From the NCBI RefSeq assembly GCF_001194135.2, contig NC_068995.1, positions 17,570,283 to 17,634,282 on the forward strand: DNA of 64,000 bases, read 5' to 3'. Each line of letters opens with the position of its first letter. Within the stretch, counting starts at the first letter, position 1. Position numbers and translations under genes: made by a program. Below are positions 1 to 11,156 of the stretch, one piece after another. The notes beneath the pieces are model-generated. The model was not told the DNA's origin. It did no database searches and saw only the letters and a list, made by a program, of their open reading frames with translations. The stretch is from Octopus bimaculoides. Taxonomy: Eukaryota.

Positions 1-340
1 CTTAAAGTTTTTTTCTACTGAAACTACTACTGAATTTGGTAACACCCAATCAGTACCTTTTCTCTAACCATCCCTTAATGTAGCTGTATCATATCACCCC
101 TACTCACATATATCATACTTATTCACTCCTTACCTTCTCATCCCTTCCTATCCCTCCCCACTTCACTCCAATCCTCCCATCACATAATCTTGACCACCAA
201 CTACAACTCCTTTTCTCACTTCTTTCACTCCTTTCACTTTTCTTTTCACTCTTTTCACTCTCTCTCTCTCTCTCTCTCTCTCTTTTCTCTCTCTTTGTTC
301 CTTTTATTTTCTCTTCCTGTTTTCATTTTGACCTATGAAT

Positions 341-390
341 CCCTCCGATGAAAGGATATATTGAATTTTCCCTGAAACAGCTATAAGACA
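341..390 (+). ncRNA. Degenerate hammerhead-like motif (CCGATGA...GAAACAGCTATAAGAC family)
   Basis: ccgatga aaggatatattgaattttccct gaa acagctat a agac. Same layout as 15390-15438, but helices I and II are eroded and the helix III palindrome has one mismatch. Preceded by a pyrimidine-rich tract. Confidence 0.4.
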
Positions 391-1384
391 TTCTAGATGA
401 AATATAAATTTTATTTATGTCATTGGTCTCTTCATCTCATATATATATATGTATATATATATATACATTTAAATATCTACACAACTGTTACGCCAAGCTT
501 CTCGCGTCCATTCATCAGACAGGTGTGATAATACTCTAGAAGGAGAGAGAGAGAGAGTGGAGGAGGGACATGTTTGGAAGTTGTTGCAGAGGTAATTTTA
601 ACCCTGTGTCTGAAAATAAAATAATGGCTGATAGAAATAAGAATGAATAAAATAGTGACGTTAAGCATATCTGAAATATAATTTTACGTAAATCTGATGC
701 TACAGTTAATATTTGGTCCATCATATTCAATTATTTCCCTATAAATATCCCCCAAATAATTATAAATTTCAGCTCCTTTCTCCTTCTTAAGATTATGGGT
801 TAACTCGAAGACGTTCTTTGGCGTACAATATTCCTAACATACGACTTGAGGTTACACTTTGGAATAAATCTTCATTTGAGGTGAACGCAATACTTCATTT
901 AAATTAAAATCTAAATTTCTCCTTCTTATCAAAGTGTATATAGAGGCAATCATTATACTTTCGAAAATAACTTTCGTTACCATTAAACTTTATAACCATC
1001 TATCTATCATTTCAGATGATATAAAATCAGCAAATAAATGTGCAGGAATAACTAATATTCTGTTATCTTTGATTTACTGATATTGAAATTGAAGTTTCTA
1101 ACTTCAAAATAGTGTATCCCATATCACAGGAGAAAATCATAAATGGTATATTACCTTAAATCCTTTCAAATTTAAATGGTACTATCACATCCGCACCTTC
1201 CACGGTTAGGATAGAAGAATTGGCACTTCGATTACCATATTCGTATGCTATTTGAAAGAAAAATATCCATTCCAACGTAGATTTCAAACATTTACTGTTC
1301 ACTAAATATTCTACGAGCAATAAAAATACTGCCATGTTCGTGCAACAGAACAATACGTATGGTGTTGCATAAAGAATTGAATTT

Positions 1385-1797
1385 TCGTTCGTAGAAACCC
1401 CATTACGTGCAGGTGCTAAAACCTAAAGACTGACTGGAGAAGTCCAGAACTCCAGAACTCCAAGAAGTCAAGATCTCACTCCATATGATTTTTACCTGTG
1501 GGATTACACAAAAGAGGAGGTGTTGAAGATACAATCTTAAATACTGGAGGTCTTGGAGACACGGATTCAGAAGGTTCTCAATGATACCCCAGATAACGTC
1601 CTTTACAATGTTGTTCATTCCATTCCAGGAATTTTGAGGAAACTGGTCGACTCCACAGGTGCTTTCGTTGAAATAAGATATACTTTCATTTTCCTATGCA
1701 ATAAATAACATGTATCATTTGTTTCAATAAATTTGTAAAAGGAATATTGATTTTATTACCAAATTTTGAAGCCTACTTACTTTTCACCCACTCTGTA
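1385..1797 (+). mobile_element. Tc1/mariner DNA transposon, 3' fragment with transposase C-terminus and right TIR
   Basis: From 1460 the + frame reads PRSQDLTPYDFYLWDYTKEEV..*ILEVLETRIQKVLNDTPDNVL..LVDSTGAFVEI, matching the (W)PxRSPDLTPxDFFLWG motif that carries the last catalytic Asp; one in-frame stop. Ends in ...ttttcacccactctg|ta (reverse complement TA|CAGAGTG), a typical TIR plus TA target site. Confidence 0.8.
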
Positions 1798-1809
1798 CAT
1801 ATAATCTGT

Positions 1810-2110
1810 TATGTTTGTCTCCAGCACACAACATTTTCTTTTCTTTCAAATATGAATTGGAACAAAGTAACAAGAGTATAGCTATGCAGAGGATGCAAAC
1901 TAGTATCATTTTTCACATTGTAACATTTGATAATTCCTTCGTCCAATCCCCCTCTAGCAGACCACATTTCGTTCACAATTCCCCAAATTTACGATATACT
2001 CGATGTCCTTATGTTTTTATTCTTCCGTCGATTTTTAAAAAAATGGGTTTTTACTCCTTTCAAATTAGAAGACGATTTTTCTGCAAAGAAATAATTCTCT
2101 TTGCACGGGT
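1810..2110 (-). mobile_element. Probable degenerate Helitron Rep/helicase fragment
   Basis: Frameshifted minus-strand peptides PVQRELFL, KGVKTHF, LKIDG, HRVYRKFGEL*TKCGLLEGDW and IAILLLLCSNS are collinear with recalled Helitron motifs (PxQxExFYLR, VKGPTSF, LKTVDG, TFxEACxxxGLLxDD, LFAxILxxC). Heavily decayed. Confidence 0.35.
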
Positions 2111-2317
2111 GTGACGCAAGCAAATCAGATGTATGTATATATTTATCAACTTAGAAATTCTGAATTCATCATTCAGCCCCGATGGTGGTTGGCAAACTGG
2201 TCGTCAGCAGAAACTGAAGAGTAAGATCTAAATCATTCAGCAGAAATATATCCCCGGCCTAGTATTCATTATTCATTAGTCTTTTTACCATTTAGTATTA
2301 CCTACCAACACACAGAG

Positions 2318-2591
2318 GCATACATACACACACACATACACACACGCGCGCACTCACACACATACACCCACATTCACGTAAACACACGCAAACACGCACC
2401 ATATATGTTTATAGGTACGTGAATATCTGTGTCTCTGCGACAGCTTACACATGTGTCGGTATATCCATACACACAGACACACACATACACACACACACAC
2501 AGACAGACACACACACACAAACACACACACACAGACAGACACACACACGCACACACACACACACACACACAAACACAAAAACACAATATAC

Positions 2592-2630
<39 letters not shown>

Positions 2631-2654
2631 GGTGTGCGTGTGTGGGTGGGTGTG
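2318..2654. repeat. Compound (CA)n/(TA)n/(TG)n microsatellite
   Basis: Seen directly. Explains the overlapping HT/CV/IY ORFs. Confidence 0.95.
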
Positions 2655-3277
2655 CCGTAACGCAACAAAATAAAAACACAATACAATAATACTGCACTTG
2701 TGAAACATACAAAACTTTTAAATCTGTTATGAAGAAGTAATAATTTGCAATAAAGTACTCTTGATCCTTTACTGCCAACTACTGAAATGTGACAAGACCA
2801 CCACCATTATCTATACTTCACTCGAAATATCTGAGAAAGTTTCGAAATGTTAAAGTCTAGGAAATGTATTGTTCTTAACTGTACATAAAAGCAGCTAAGA
2901 AAACAGTAAAGAATTGGTCAGACTCGATTACACGCATCTGTCCATTTCTTATATGTTTGTGTGTGTGTGTATGTGCATATATGTGTATGTGCTTGTGTGC
3001 ATATATTTATTATGTAGATGCATTTTAAGTCCAAGTTGTATCCTCTTCAGATACATCTACTTATTCCAGTATCCCAAGGCCGTATGTTGATATTATATTT
3101 GCGTTAGGGATAAACGCTTCATCCAAATGTAATTCTTTCATTATTTAATTGTCTATCGAAAAAAAATCGGTTGGCGATCTACGTGTTTCTCAAATATATA
3201 ACTTTGTAACTTCTAGTAGCAAACAGAATATGGGTAATGGTGAAAAAATTGTACAAAATTATTTTTCAATCTCCAGC

Positions 3278-3312
<35 letters not shown>

Positions 3313-3631
3313 NNNNNNNNNNNNNNNNNNNNNNNNNNNNNNNNNNNNNNNNNNNNNNNNNNNNNNNNNNNNNNNNNNNNNNNNNNNNNNNNNNNNNNNN
3401 NNNNNNNNNNNNNNNNNNNNNNNNNNNNNNNNNNNNNNNNNNNNNNNNNNNNNNNNNNNNNNNNNNNNNNNNNNNNNNNNNNNNNNNNNNNNNNNNNNNN
3501 NNNNNNNNNNNNNNNNNNNNNNNNNNNNNNNNNNNNNNNNNNNNNNNNNNNNNNNNNNNNNNNNNNNNNNNNNNNNNNNNNNNNNNNNNNNNNNNNNNNN
3601 NNNNNNNNNNNNNNNNNNNNNNNNNNNNNNN

Positions 3632-4410
3632 TACAGACAAATTTTATGGTATCTCTTTCTGCCGTGCCCCACATGAAGTAGTCGAACATTTTGGAGTCAC
3701 GCGAACTGGCAGGCCAAATGTAAGTGGATTTGTGATCGAAGAATTTCTCGACAGCCAGGCCTGGGGTCTCTGGCTGATGCGGGAGGGATTAGAGACTTTC
3801 TGCCACACGTACAGCCTCCCTGGTGCTACTCGGTCGATCCAGGGCTTCATCAACTTGCACAGAGCATGGATGCAGCCGTCGATGTTAAGCCAGAGGCACT
3901 CAGGGAAGCAGTTGTGTGGTATGACGCTACTTTATTGCTGAAGATATCGAAGACCATGATTGTCGCTGGAAAATTCGTCTGCATGTCTCTTGGTACATCC
4001 TTGAATAAAACAACGAGCACCTGTTCTTCTTAGTGTTGATCTTGTCTTCGCATAATTTCTTCTCGTTGGAGAAGAACACGTCTCGGACCAGCTCGTGTAT
4101 TAATATGTTAATCAACTTTTTAGTGTCCTTGAATCGCTTTTCGTGCATCACCTTAGACAAAAATATCCCATTCTCATCTTCTATGATTTTCATCCACACC
4201 TCGCTTAACACGTATCGACTCGCTGGGATCAGTTACGAATTCAGTTCTTCTGGTGGCGTCAGATCGTCGATCATGAGTTATCCTCTCTGTTGTCGCCCCG
4301 TAGTTATATGCTGTATGTTCCAGCTCCTTTCTGCTGACGTTGAGAAAATCTGATTCCAAGGCAAGGATTACAAGGATGAAGCCATACTTCTTCCACAAAT
4401 TGTGGGGCTC
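3632..4410 (-). mobile_element. Tc1/mariner DD37D (maT-type) transposase pseudogene
   Basis: Minus-strand frames give VFFSNEK (FFSDEK motif), DVPRDMQTNFPATIMVF, MKPWIDRVAPGRLYVWQKVSNPSR (QQDSAP motif) and, after a 1-nt frameshift, FFDHKSTYIWPASSRDSKMFDYFMWGTAERDT. There are 37 residues between the second and third Asp positions. The first two Asp are mutated (N, V). The 3' end runs into an N-gap. Confidence 0.85.
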
Positions 4411-7180
4411 AGTTAATTATTCTGCAACAAAAATAAAGCAAAAATGGTTATTGTTTTTGGGAAGAATCTTGCTGAAAAGGAAAGTAATAAAACTATGCGT
4501 AAAATGAGATGTTGCAACACACACACACACACACGCACACACACGCACACACACACACACACATTCATGCACGCGCACACACGCACGTACACACACATAC
4601 TCATACATACAGACATACTCATACATATATACTGATATGCATGCATACGTACATAACTAGAGATAGTGGCAGCGATAACGGCATACATATACAACTTGTT
4701 GGATGGACAAATAAATTTATAAATAATGATACGTGTGTGTACGTGTACGTTTGTCTATATGAGTATATACTTAGTTTCCTTGCGATTATTCCTCATAAAA
4801 GCTAGGAATCCGACAACTCAAGTATAGCTTCACCAGACCAATAGATCTATGTTTGTAATCCTGTCTACCAGCATAAGCAAATATTAAACTCCGAACATTT
4901 ATAACCTCTATTGATTTTGCACGATATTGCATGAGAAAAAATATAAATACATACATATCTATATATANNNNNNNNNNNNNNNNNNNNNNNNNNNNNNNNN
5001 NNNNNNNNNNNNNNNNNNNNNNNNNNNNNNNNNNNNNNNNNNNNNNNNNNNNNNNNNNNNNNNNNNNNNNNNNNNNNNNNNNNNNNNNNNNNNNNNNNNN
5101 NNNNNNNNNNNNNNNNNNNNNNNNNNNNNNNNNNNNNNNNNNNNNNNNNNNNNNNNNNNNNNNNNNNNNNNNNNNNNNNNNNNNNNNNNNNNNNNNNNNN
5201 NNNNNNNNNNNNNNNNNNNNNNNNNNNNNNNNNNNNNNNNNNNNNNNNNNNNNNNNNNNNNNNNNNNNNNNNNNNNNNNNNNNNNNNNNNNNNNNNNNNN
5301 NNNNNNNNNNNNNNNNNNNNNNNNNNNNNNNNNNNNNNNNNNNNNNNNNNNNNNNNNNNNNNNNNNNNNNNNNNNNNNNNNNNNNNNNNNNNNNNNNNNN
5401 NNNNNNNNNNNNNNNNNNNNNNNNNNNNNNNNNNNNNNNNNNNNNNNNNNNNNNNNNNNNNNNNNNNNNNNNNNNNNNNNNNNNNNNNNNNNNNNNNNNN
5501 NNNNNNNNNNNNNNNNNNNNNNNNNNNNNNNNNNNNNNNNNNNNNNNNNNNNNNNNNNNNNNNNNNNNNNNNNNNNNNNNNNNNNNNNNNNNNNNNNNNN
5601 NNNNNNNNNNNNNNNNNNNNNNNNNNNNNNNNNNNNNNNNNNNNNNNNNNNNNNNNNNNNNNNNNNNNNNNNNNNNNNNNNNNNNNNNNNNNNNNNNTAT
5701 ATATATACATATATATATACATATATATGTATATATATGTATGCATATATATAGATACATACATATAAGCATGTTTATATATGTGTAACATATATATTAT
5801 ATATATATATATATGTATATATATAAACGTTCATTTGTATGTAGAGACTATTTCAAGGAGACTCAAGAAAGATAACCTACAGACAGTGTTACATAATTCA
5901 TATCATATAATCTGCAGAACGGTTTTGTTTTATAACATTTGGCTTCGTCCATGTTCGTATCATATTTCTTATTACGTATTGATTGAAGACACGCAAACTT
6001 GATCATAATTCAGAAAAAGAAGTTTAGAATCTATAATACTTTACTTTACAAGATACGTCATTTTTCATTGGAATAATGGATTGCAGTGCCCTCTACCAGA
6101 AACGGCCTCAATACATCATTGTCAAAAAAGACAAATGCTAAGTATTTTACATCATTTACCTCTCGCTTACGAGATTTGCATTTTCCGAAACACTTAGTCA
6201 TAAATTGTTTGTCTAGCACACAACTGTTCATTACTTTCCCTATGAAATGGATTTGTTAGTTACCTACATCCTGCCATACTGAAAGCCTTTCAATTAAGTT
6301 TATTTCAGGCAGGTGCTAATGTATTTCAGTAACTTGAATAATCCATTAACGAATACCACTGATAATGTCACTTCTTTATACAACTGCTCCTTACCTTTCG
6401 CTTGCATTAACGTTGGGTAGTGAGCTACTGAAGTTCTTCAGACGTTAATATAATTTGTGTTACTGAAATGTTTCCTACGACTTCCTTACCATGTATTTAC
6501 AGCAATGCAGTCATATGTTCCACCTATTTTCTTATTGTATTCATTGTTTTTGATATCTTACTTTGGCCAATTACAATGCCTGTAGGTGTATATACATGTA
6601 TATATAATGTACATGTATAAGTATATATATATAAGAATATANNNNNNNNNNNNNNNNNNNNNNNNNNNNNNNNNNNNNNNNNNNNNNNNNNNNNNNNNNN
6701 NNNNNNNNNNNNNNNNNNNNNNNNNNNNNNNNNNNNNNNNNNNNNNNNNNNNNNNNNNNNNNNNNNNNNNNNNNNNNNNNNNNNNNNNNNNNNNNNNNNN
6801 NNNNNNNNNNNNNNNNNNNNNNNNNNNNNNNNNNNNNNNNNNNNNNNNNNNNNNNNNNNNNNNNNNNNNNNNNNNNNNNNNNNNNNNNNNNNNNNNNNNN
6901 NNNNNNNNNNNNNNNNNNNNNNNNNNNNNNNNNNNNNNNNNNNNNNNNNNNNNNNNNNNNNNNNNNNNNNNNNNNNNNNNNNNNNNNNNNNNNNNNNNNN
7001 NNNNNNNNNNNNNNNNNNNNNNNNNNNNNNNNNNNNNNNNNNNNNNNNNNNNNNNNNNNNNNNNNNNNNNNNNNNNNNNNNNNNNNNNNNNNNNNNNNNN
7101 NNNNNNNNNNNNNNNNNNNNNNNNNNNNNNNNNNNNNNNNNNNNNNNNNNNNNNNNNNNNNNNNNNNNNNNNNNNNNNNN

Positions 7181-7259
<79 letters not shown>

Positions 7260-9415
7260 CATGTATGTGTGTATACAAGCATATACCTGTGTACATAAGC
7301 ATATACCTGTACGTATGTATATGCCTATATAATATAATTTATATGCACGAGAATATATGTACATACACACATACATGCACCCATACACACACACACACGC
7401 ATGCATAAGTATATAACTTCTGGTTGTATTTCAATGCACAACTTGAATTTACAGAAAATGTAATTCTAGTTCTTATTCAAATGCATGATATTATAGTATC
7501 ATATCTATATAATGATACTAGAGTATCAATCTATACATATTTTAAATTTCTTCATTTAATCCCTCATTTTATATATTTTCATTGCTAACAGGTCCATGGT
7601 AAGAATCCCCTTTCATCGCTGATTATACCGGCATAATATGATGCTTTTCATTGTTACTCACGTGTATTCTGTTTATGATTTCAGTCTTTAAACTACGACA
7701 GAGCTATGCTGCATGTTATCTCTATTATGTTATATTTATATATTTTGATTTAAGAAGGTTCAGTGTGAAGCAATCTAAATTTTAACCTGTTCATGATAGG
7801 AACTGTAAACTTAACGAGACGCAATGGAATTCTGGAACGACACATGATATTTGAATAAAAATTAAAGAAATGGACTTATACAGAGTTGATTACAATGTGG
7901 TTTAGTTATATTTGACGTAAATTAGGGCTGCTTAGATGAAAACACCATATGCTAACTGGTGTTGTATGTGCTTATATACTGGAGCGAGACAGAGAAATAT
8001 AACAGGAATAAGTATGGATAAACGAAGAATGATATGTAGATGCATGAAATTAAATGATTTTCTGTGTGAGAGAAGGAAACTGCATATGTGTGTTTGAGAA
8101 AATGAAAATGATGGAGAGAAAATCAGTTATACATTAGTGCCTATAAACTCATATGCATATAATTACACGCTTATAAATTATCATATATCTCGGTATATCA
8201 AAGTATGTATGCACAAAAAGAATACATTTATATATGCGTACATGCATATGTTTACATTCTAAATTATTGCATAAATTATCTGATTTCTAAAAATACCCTG
8301 AATCGCTGAAATGCTGATATATGTGTGTGTAGTTGTCATTATGACGTGGACTTTATGTTTCGTAAATAGTATTAAAATTACGCATGGCAGAATTGTGTTC
8401 ATGCAGCTTGTTATATATTTCCTGCAACCGTATAGTGAATTTTCTAATATGGTTTCACAGAGATATCCTTGCAAATAAGATAAAACTTCTAATTTTTATG
8501 AATATCAAGCAGATCATATGTTGAACGTACATCTATATCAGCGAACTCTGTGTTGCGCTGAAGTTCACGATTCCTTAGTTAAACAGCAGTAGAATATTGT
8601 TTGTTAGATTTTGTCAAAGTCTTTTACCCCTATGATATATTGGATAAATACAATATTTCATTTGTCTTCATTGTATATTTGTCTCATTTAACTGGACAAT
8701 AAATTTCCGACTGGTTGTTTTGTTACTTTATCTTGTTCAAGAGAGCTGATGATAAAACGCATCAAAATGATGATCAATTCATCTCCTATTCAGACAGTAT
8801 TTGCTGAAATTGATGATGCAATACATTACTCAACTTTTTTGCTTCAACCAGCTAATTGTAGCGATATTTTAATACCATTTCTCAGAGATCAGTATCTGCA
8901 AAGAGAATTCCTCATTAGATTGTTATTGTGCTGGTTGAGAAAGGAGGCAGTTGGATCTTTTAAGGGAAGAACTAAGTGATTGCTACGTCGTGCAACCGAA
9001 AAATCCTACACACTATACGGCTTGATGCCTTCATTGAAATATACGCTCTATCCAAAGCTCCAATCGTCACCATCACGATACGTTTTTCTTTTGAGACGTT
9101 ATGGTGTGTCTGAAATCTATCTGCCATCATTCATAAGATAATCGGAGAATTATTCCATGCTTATTTGTATGATATAGCCTATATCGAATCAACTCAGAAT
9201 TCCTAATATCCGGTCATTGAAATTGAATTCACTTCCGATATGCATGTATATATTCCAAGCATCTAGCTTCGAAAACGCACACTTTTGCATGTCCACAATT
9301 ATAGATAGCTACACACATACATACATACATACATACATACATACATTCATTCATACATACAGACAGACAAGCACATCTATATATAAAACATTATATGTAT
9401 GTACATATTTACATA

Positions 9416-9559
9416 TACAGTTCTATATTTAAGAGATGAGGAATAATGTACGTTACTTACATTATTTACATTTGACGGATATTTGTCCTCATTTTGTTTG
9501 TAGCTAACACAACGTTTCGGCTGATATACCCTCAGCCTTCATCAGGTGTCATAGGGAAA
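9416..9559 (-). mobile_element. Inverted Penelope-type pseudo-LTR arm containing a hammerhead motif
   Basis: 9458-9492 is an exact 35-nt reverse complement of 10246-10280, and the arm contains the hammerhead at 9505-9551. Confidence 0.7.
9505..9551 (-). ncRNA. Minimal type I hammerhead ribozyme (PLE type)
   Basis: Minus strand: UGACAC CUGAUGA A GGCUGA-ggguaua-UCAGCC GAA ACGU U GUGUUA. Helix I is 6 bp (one G-U), helix II is 6 bp, helix III is the palindrome ACGU, and the cleavage triplet is GUU. Confidence 0.7.
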
Positions 9560-10010
9560 GGTGTCTTTGTGAAATGCCTCTCCGAAAAGATACAAAAGGT
9601 ATGCGACCCACATGACATCAGGGCAGTATTCAAGAATGATGCAACAATTCGCAAATACCTTCTTCGGGTAAAACCACCAATAGAAGAGAATATGACCAAG
9701 AACTGCGTGTACTCCATCCCATGCAGCTGTAGCTGGTTATACAAAGGCGAAATATGCCGCCCCTCAAAATAAGGTAGAATAATATCGCAAAGCTGTGACA
9801 TGAGGAGATATTGATGAATCGGGTATAGCTGATCATGTATGGAAAAATGGAGACCACCTCCCCTGTGGGATGAAATTAAAATAATAGACAGAGAACACCA
9901 CTGGGAAATACGAAAACTAAAAGAAACAGCACATATTCTAGGACACAACAACCTCCTAAGCAGACCGAGTGCAGATATGAATAGCACATGGGTATTAAGG
10001 AAGGATAGGA
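9560..10010 (+). mobile_element. Penelope-like retroelement, GIY-YIG endonuclease remnant
   Basis: Frames read VFVKCLSEKIQKVCDPHDIRAVFKNDATIRKYLLRVKPP..NCVYSIPCSCSWLYKGEICRP / YRKAVT*GDIDESGIADHVWKNG / LWDEIKIIDREHHWEIRKLKETAHI. This is the typical PLE VYxIPCxC..YIGE, IAxH and W..RKLKE pattern, with stops and frameshifts. Confidence 0.85.
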
Positions 10011-10057
10011 AAATATTAGATTTATAAACACTAAAAACTCACTCCATATTTGCCCAC

Positions 10058-10280
10058 GGGCGTATAGCGTAGTGGTTAAGAGCGCGGGCTACTAACCCCA
10101 ACCTTCTGAGTTCAATTACAGGCAGTGACCTTAATAATAATAATAATAATAATAATAACAACGCCATCGAAAAATACCTTAGGAATGAGATCCTTGGGTT
10201 CAAAATTTACCCTGATGAATGCTGGAGGGCATATTAACAAACAAGATGAGGACAAATATCCGTCAAATGTAAATAATGTA
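10058..10280 (+). mobile_element. tRNA-derived SINE-like unit: tRNA head + (TAA)n + partly deleted hammerhead arm
   Basis: A box tagcgtagtggtt, anticodon-like loop CTACTAA in a ggg/ccc stem, B box gagttcaattac, and (TAA)n at 10132-10157. Then cctgatgaatgctggagggcatatt (hammerhead 5' half) and the 35-nt tail shared with 9458-9492. Confidence 0.7.
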
Positions 10281-10689
10281 AAAAATGTATATTTACATAT
10301 ATGTGTGTATATATATTTGCGCATCTTATATACATATAATTTGCTTTTCCGTTAAAATAACGTCAACCATAAAAGAAATATTTCATCCGGTGAAAGATAA
10401 ATATTGGTATGATATGATTGGTATAGGTATAATACTACTAGTGTGTTAGTAATCTTCAGGCTCTGGGTACAAGGCCTATTCATGTTACAAATCAAGAACA
10501 GAATTCGAGAAATTACGAGGTAAACGAGAGGTGATGCACAGTATGGAAAGGTGAAAGAAAAGGAAAAGGAAAAAAAACGAATTACTGGCATGTCTCCTAT
10601 GAACGTAAAGCTTTAAATTTGGTTTATGTACAATCAACGAGAGCGGTTATAATTCTGCAATACAACTGCTCAACCTGCAGAGGAAGGTG

Positions 10690-11050
10690 TTCTCCAATAC
10701 GCTGCCAAAAGAGAGTTTGCACATATACATGCATTTGCTCAAAATTTCACATCTGGTGGAATTCTTTGATCTAACAAGAACATCTGATCCCTTAGCTACT
10801 CATAACTTGCCCTTTTAGATTCGTTGATATATGGCATGGATTTTCCATAATTTCCCACTTGATGGTATATGGCCAACAGCTGGGCTTCAAACCCCATACG
10901 TGGCTTGCCAAATCAGTGGCTTTACTTTTGTTTATATAGTGGAAAGAACATAGGTGTTTAGCGTATTGTCTTTTGAAGTCACCTCTGCATAACCCGATGC
11001 AATTCTTCTGTTCGGTCAGGTTATCATGTAGTGTTGCTGTAACAGTAACT
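10690..11050 (-). mobile_element. Penelope-like GIY-YIG remnant (second lineage)
   Basis: Minus frame QKNCIGLCRGDFKRQYAKHLCSFH..ATDLASHVWGLK..YTIKWEI, then frameshifted KSMPYINESKR, DQMFLLDQR and SKC. Matches the YIG-L-x-E-x-x-FKxRxxxH..SF..L-S-x-H-V-W-x-L-K..IKWxI type of PLE endonuclease. Confidence 0.7.
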
Positions 11051-11156
11051 CTATATATGTATATATACGTGTGTGCCTCTGTATGTGTGTGTGTGTGTGT
11101 CTGTGTTTGTGTGTGTATCATGTATATGTTTATATATATATATATATATATTTATT

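Noticed and set aside
471-525. Minus-strand CTGATGA...gtaacagttgt facing the 341 motif
   Set aside because: GAA is replaced by GTA, position 17 is G, and neither helix I nor helix II pairs.
8749-8979. 76-aa ORF with IDDAIHYST resembling the Helitron helicase DDAVxYP motif
   Set aside because: Only one short motif; neighbouring frames give no further similarity.
10058-10130. Possible tRNA gene (anticodon ACT)
   Set aside because: The acceptor and T stems do not pair, the anticodon stem is only 3 bp, and there is no Pol III terminator. Treated as a SINE head.
10425-10465. Minus-strand CTGAAGA plus tacta/tagta stem downstream of the second PLE remnant
   Set aside because: No GAAA, helix III or helix I. 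At most an eroded relic.
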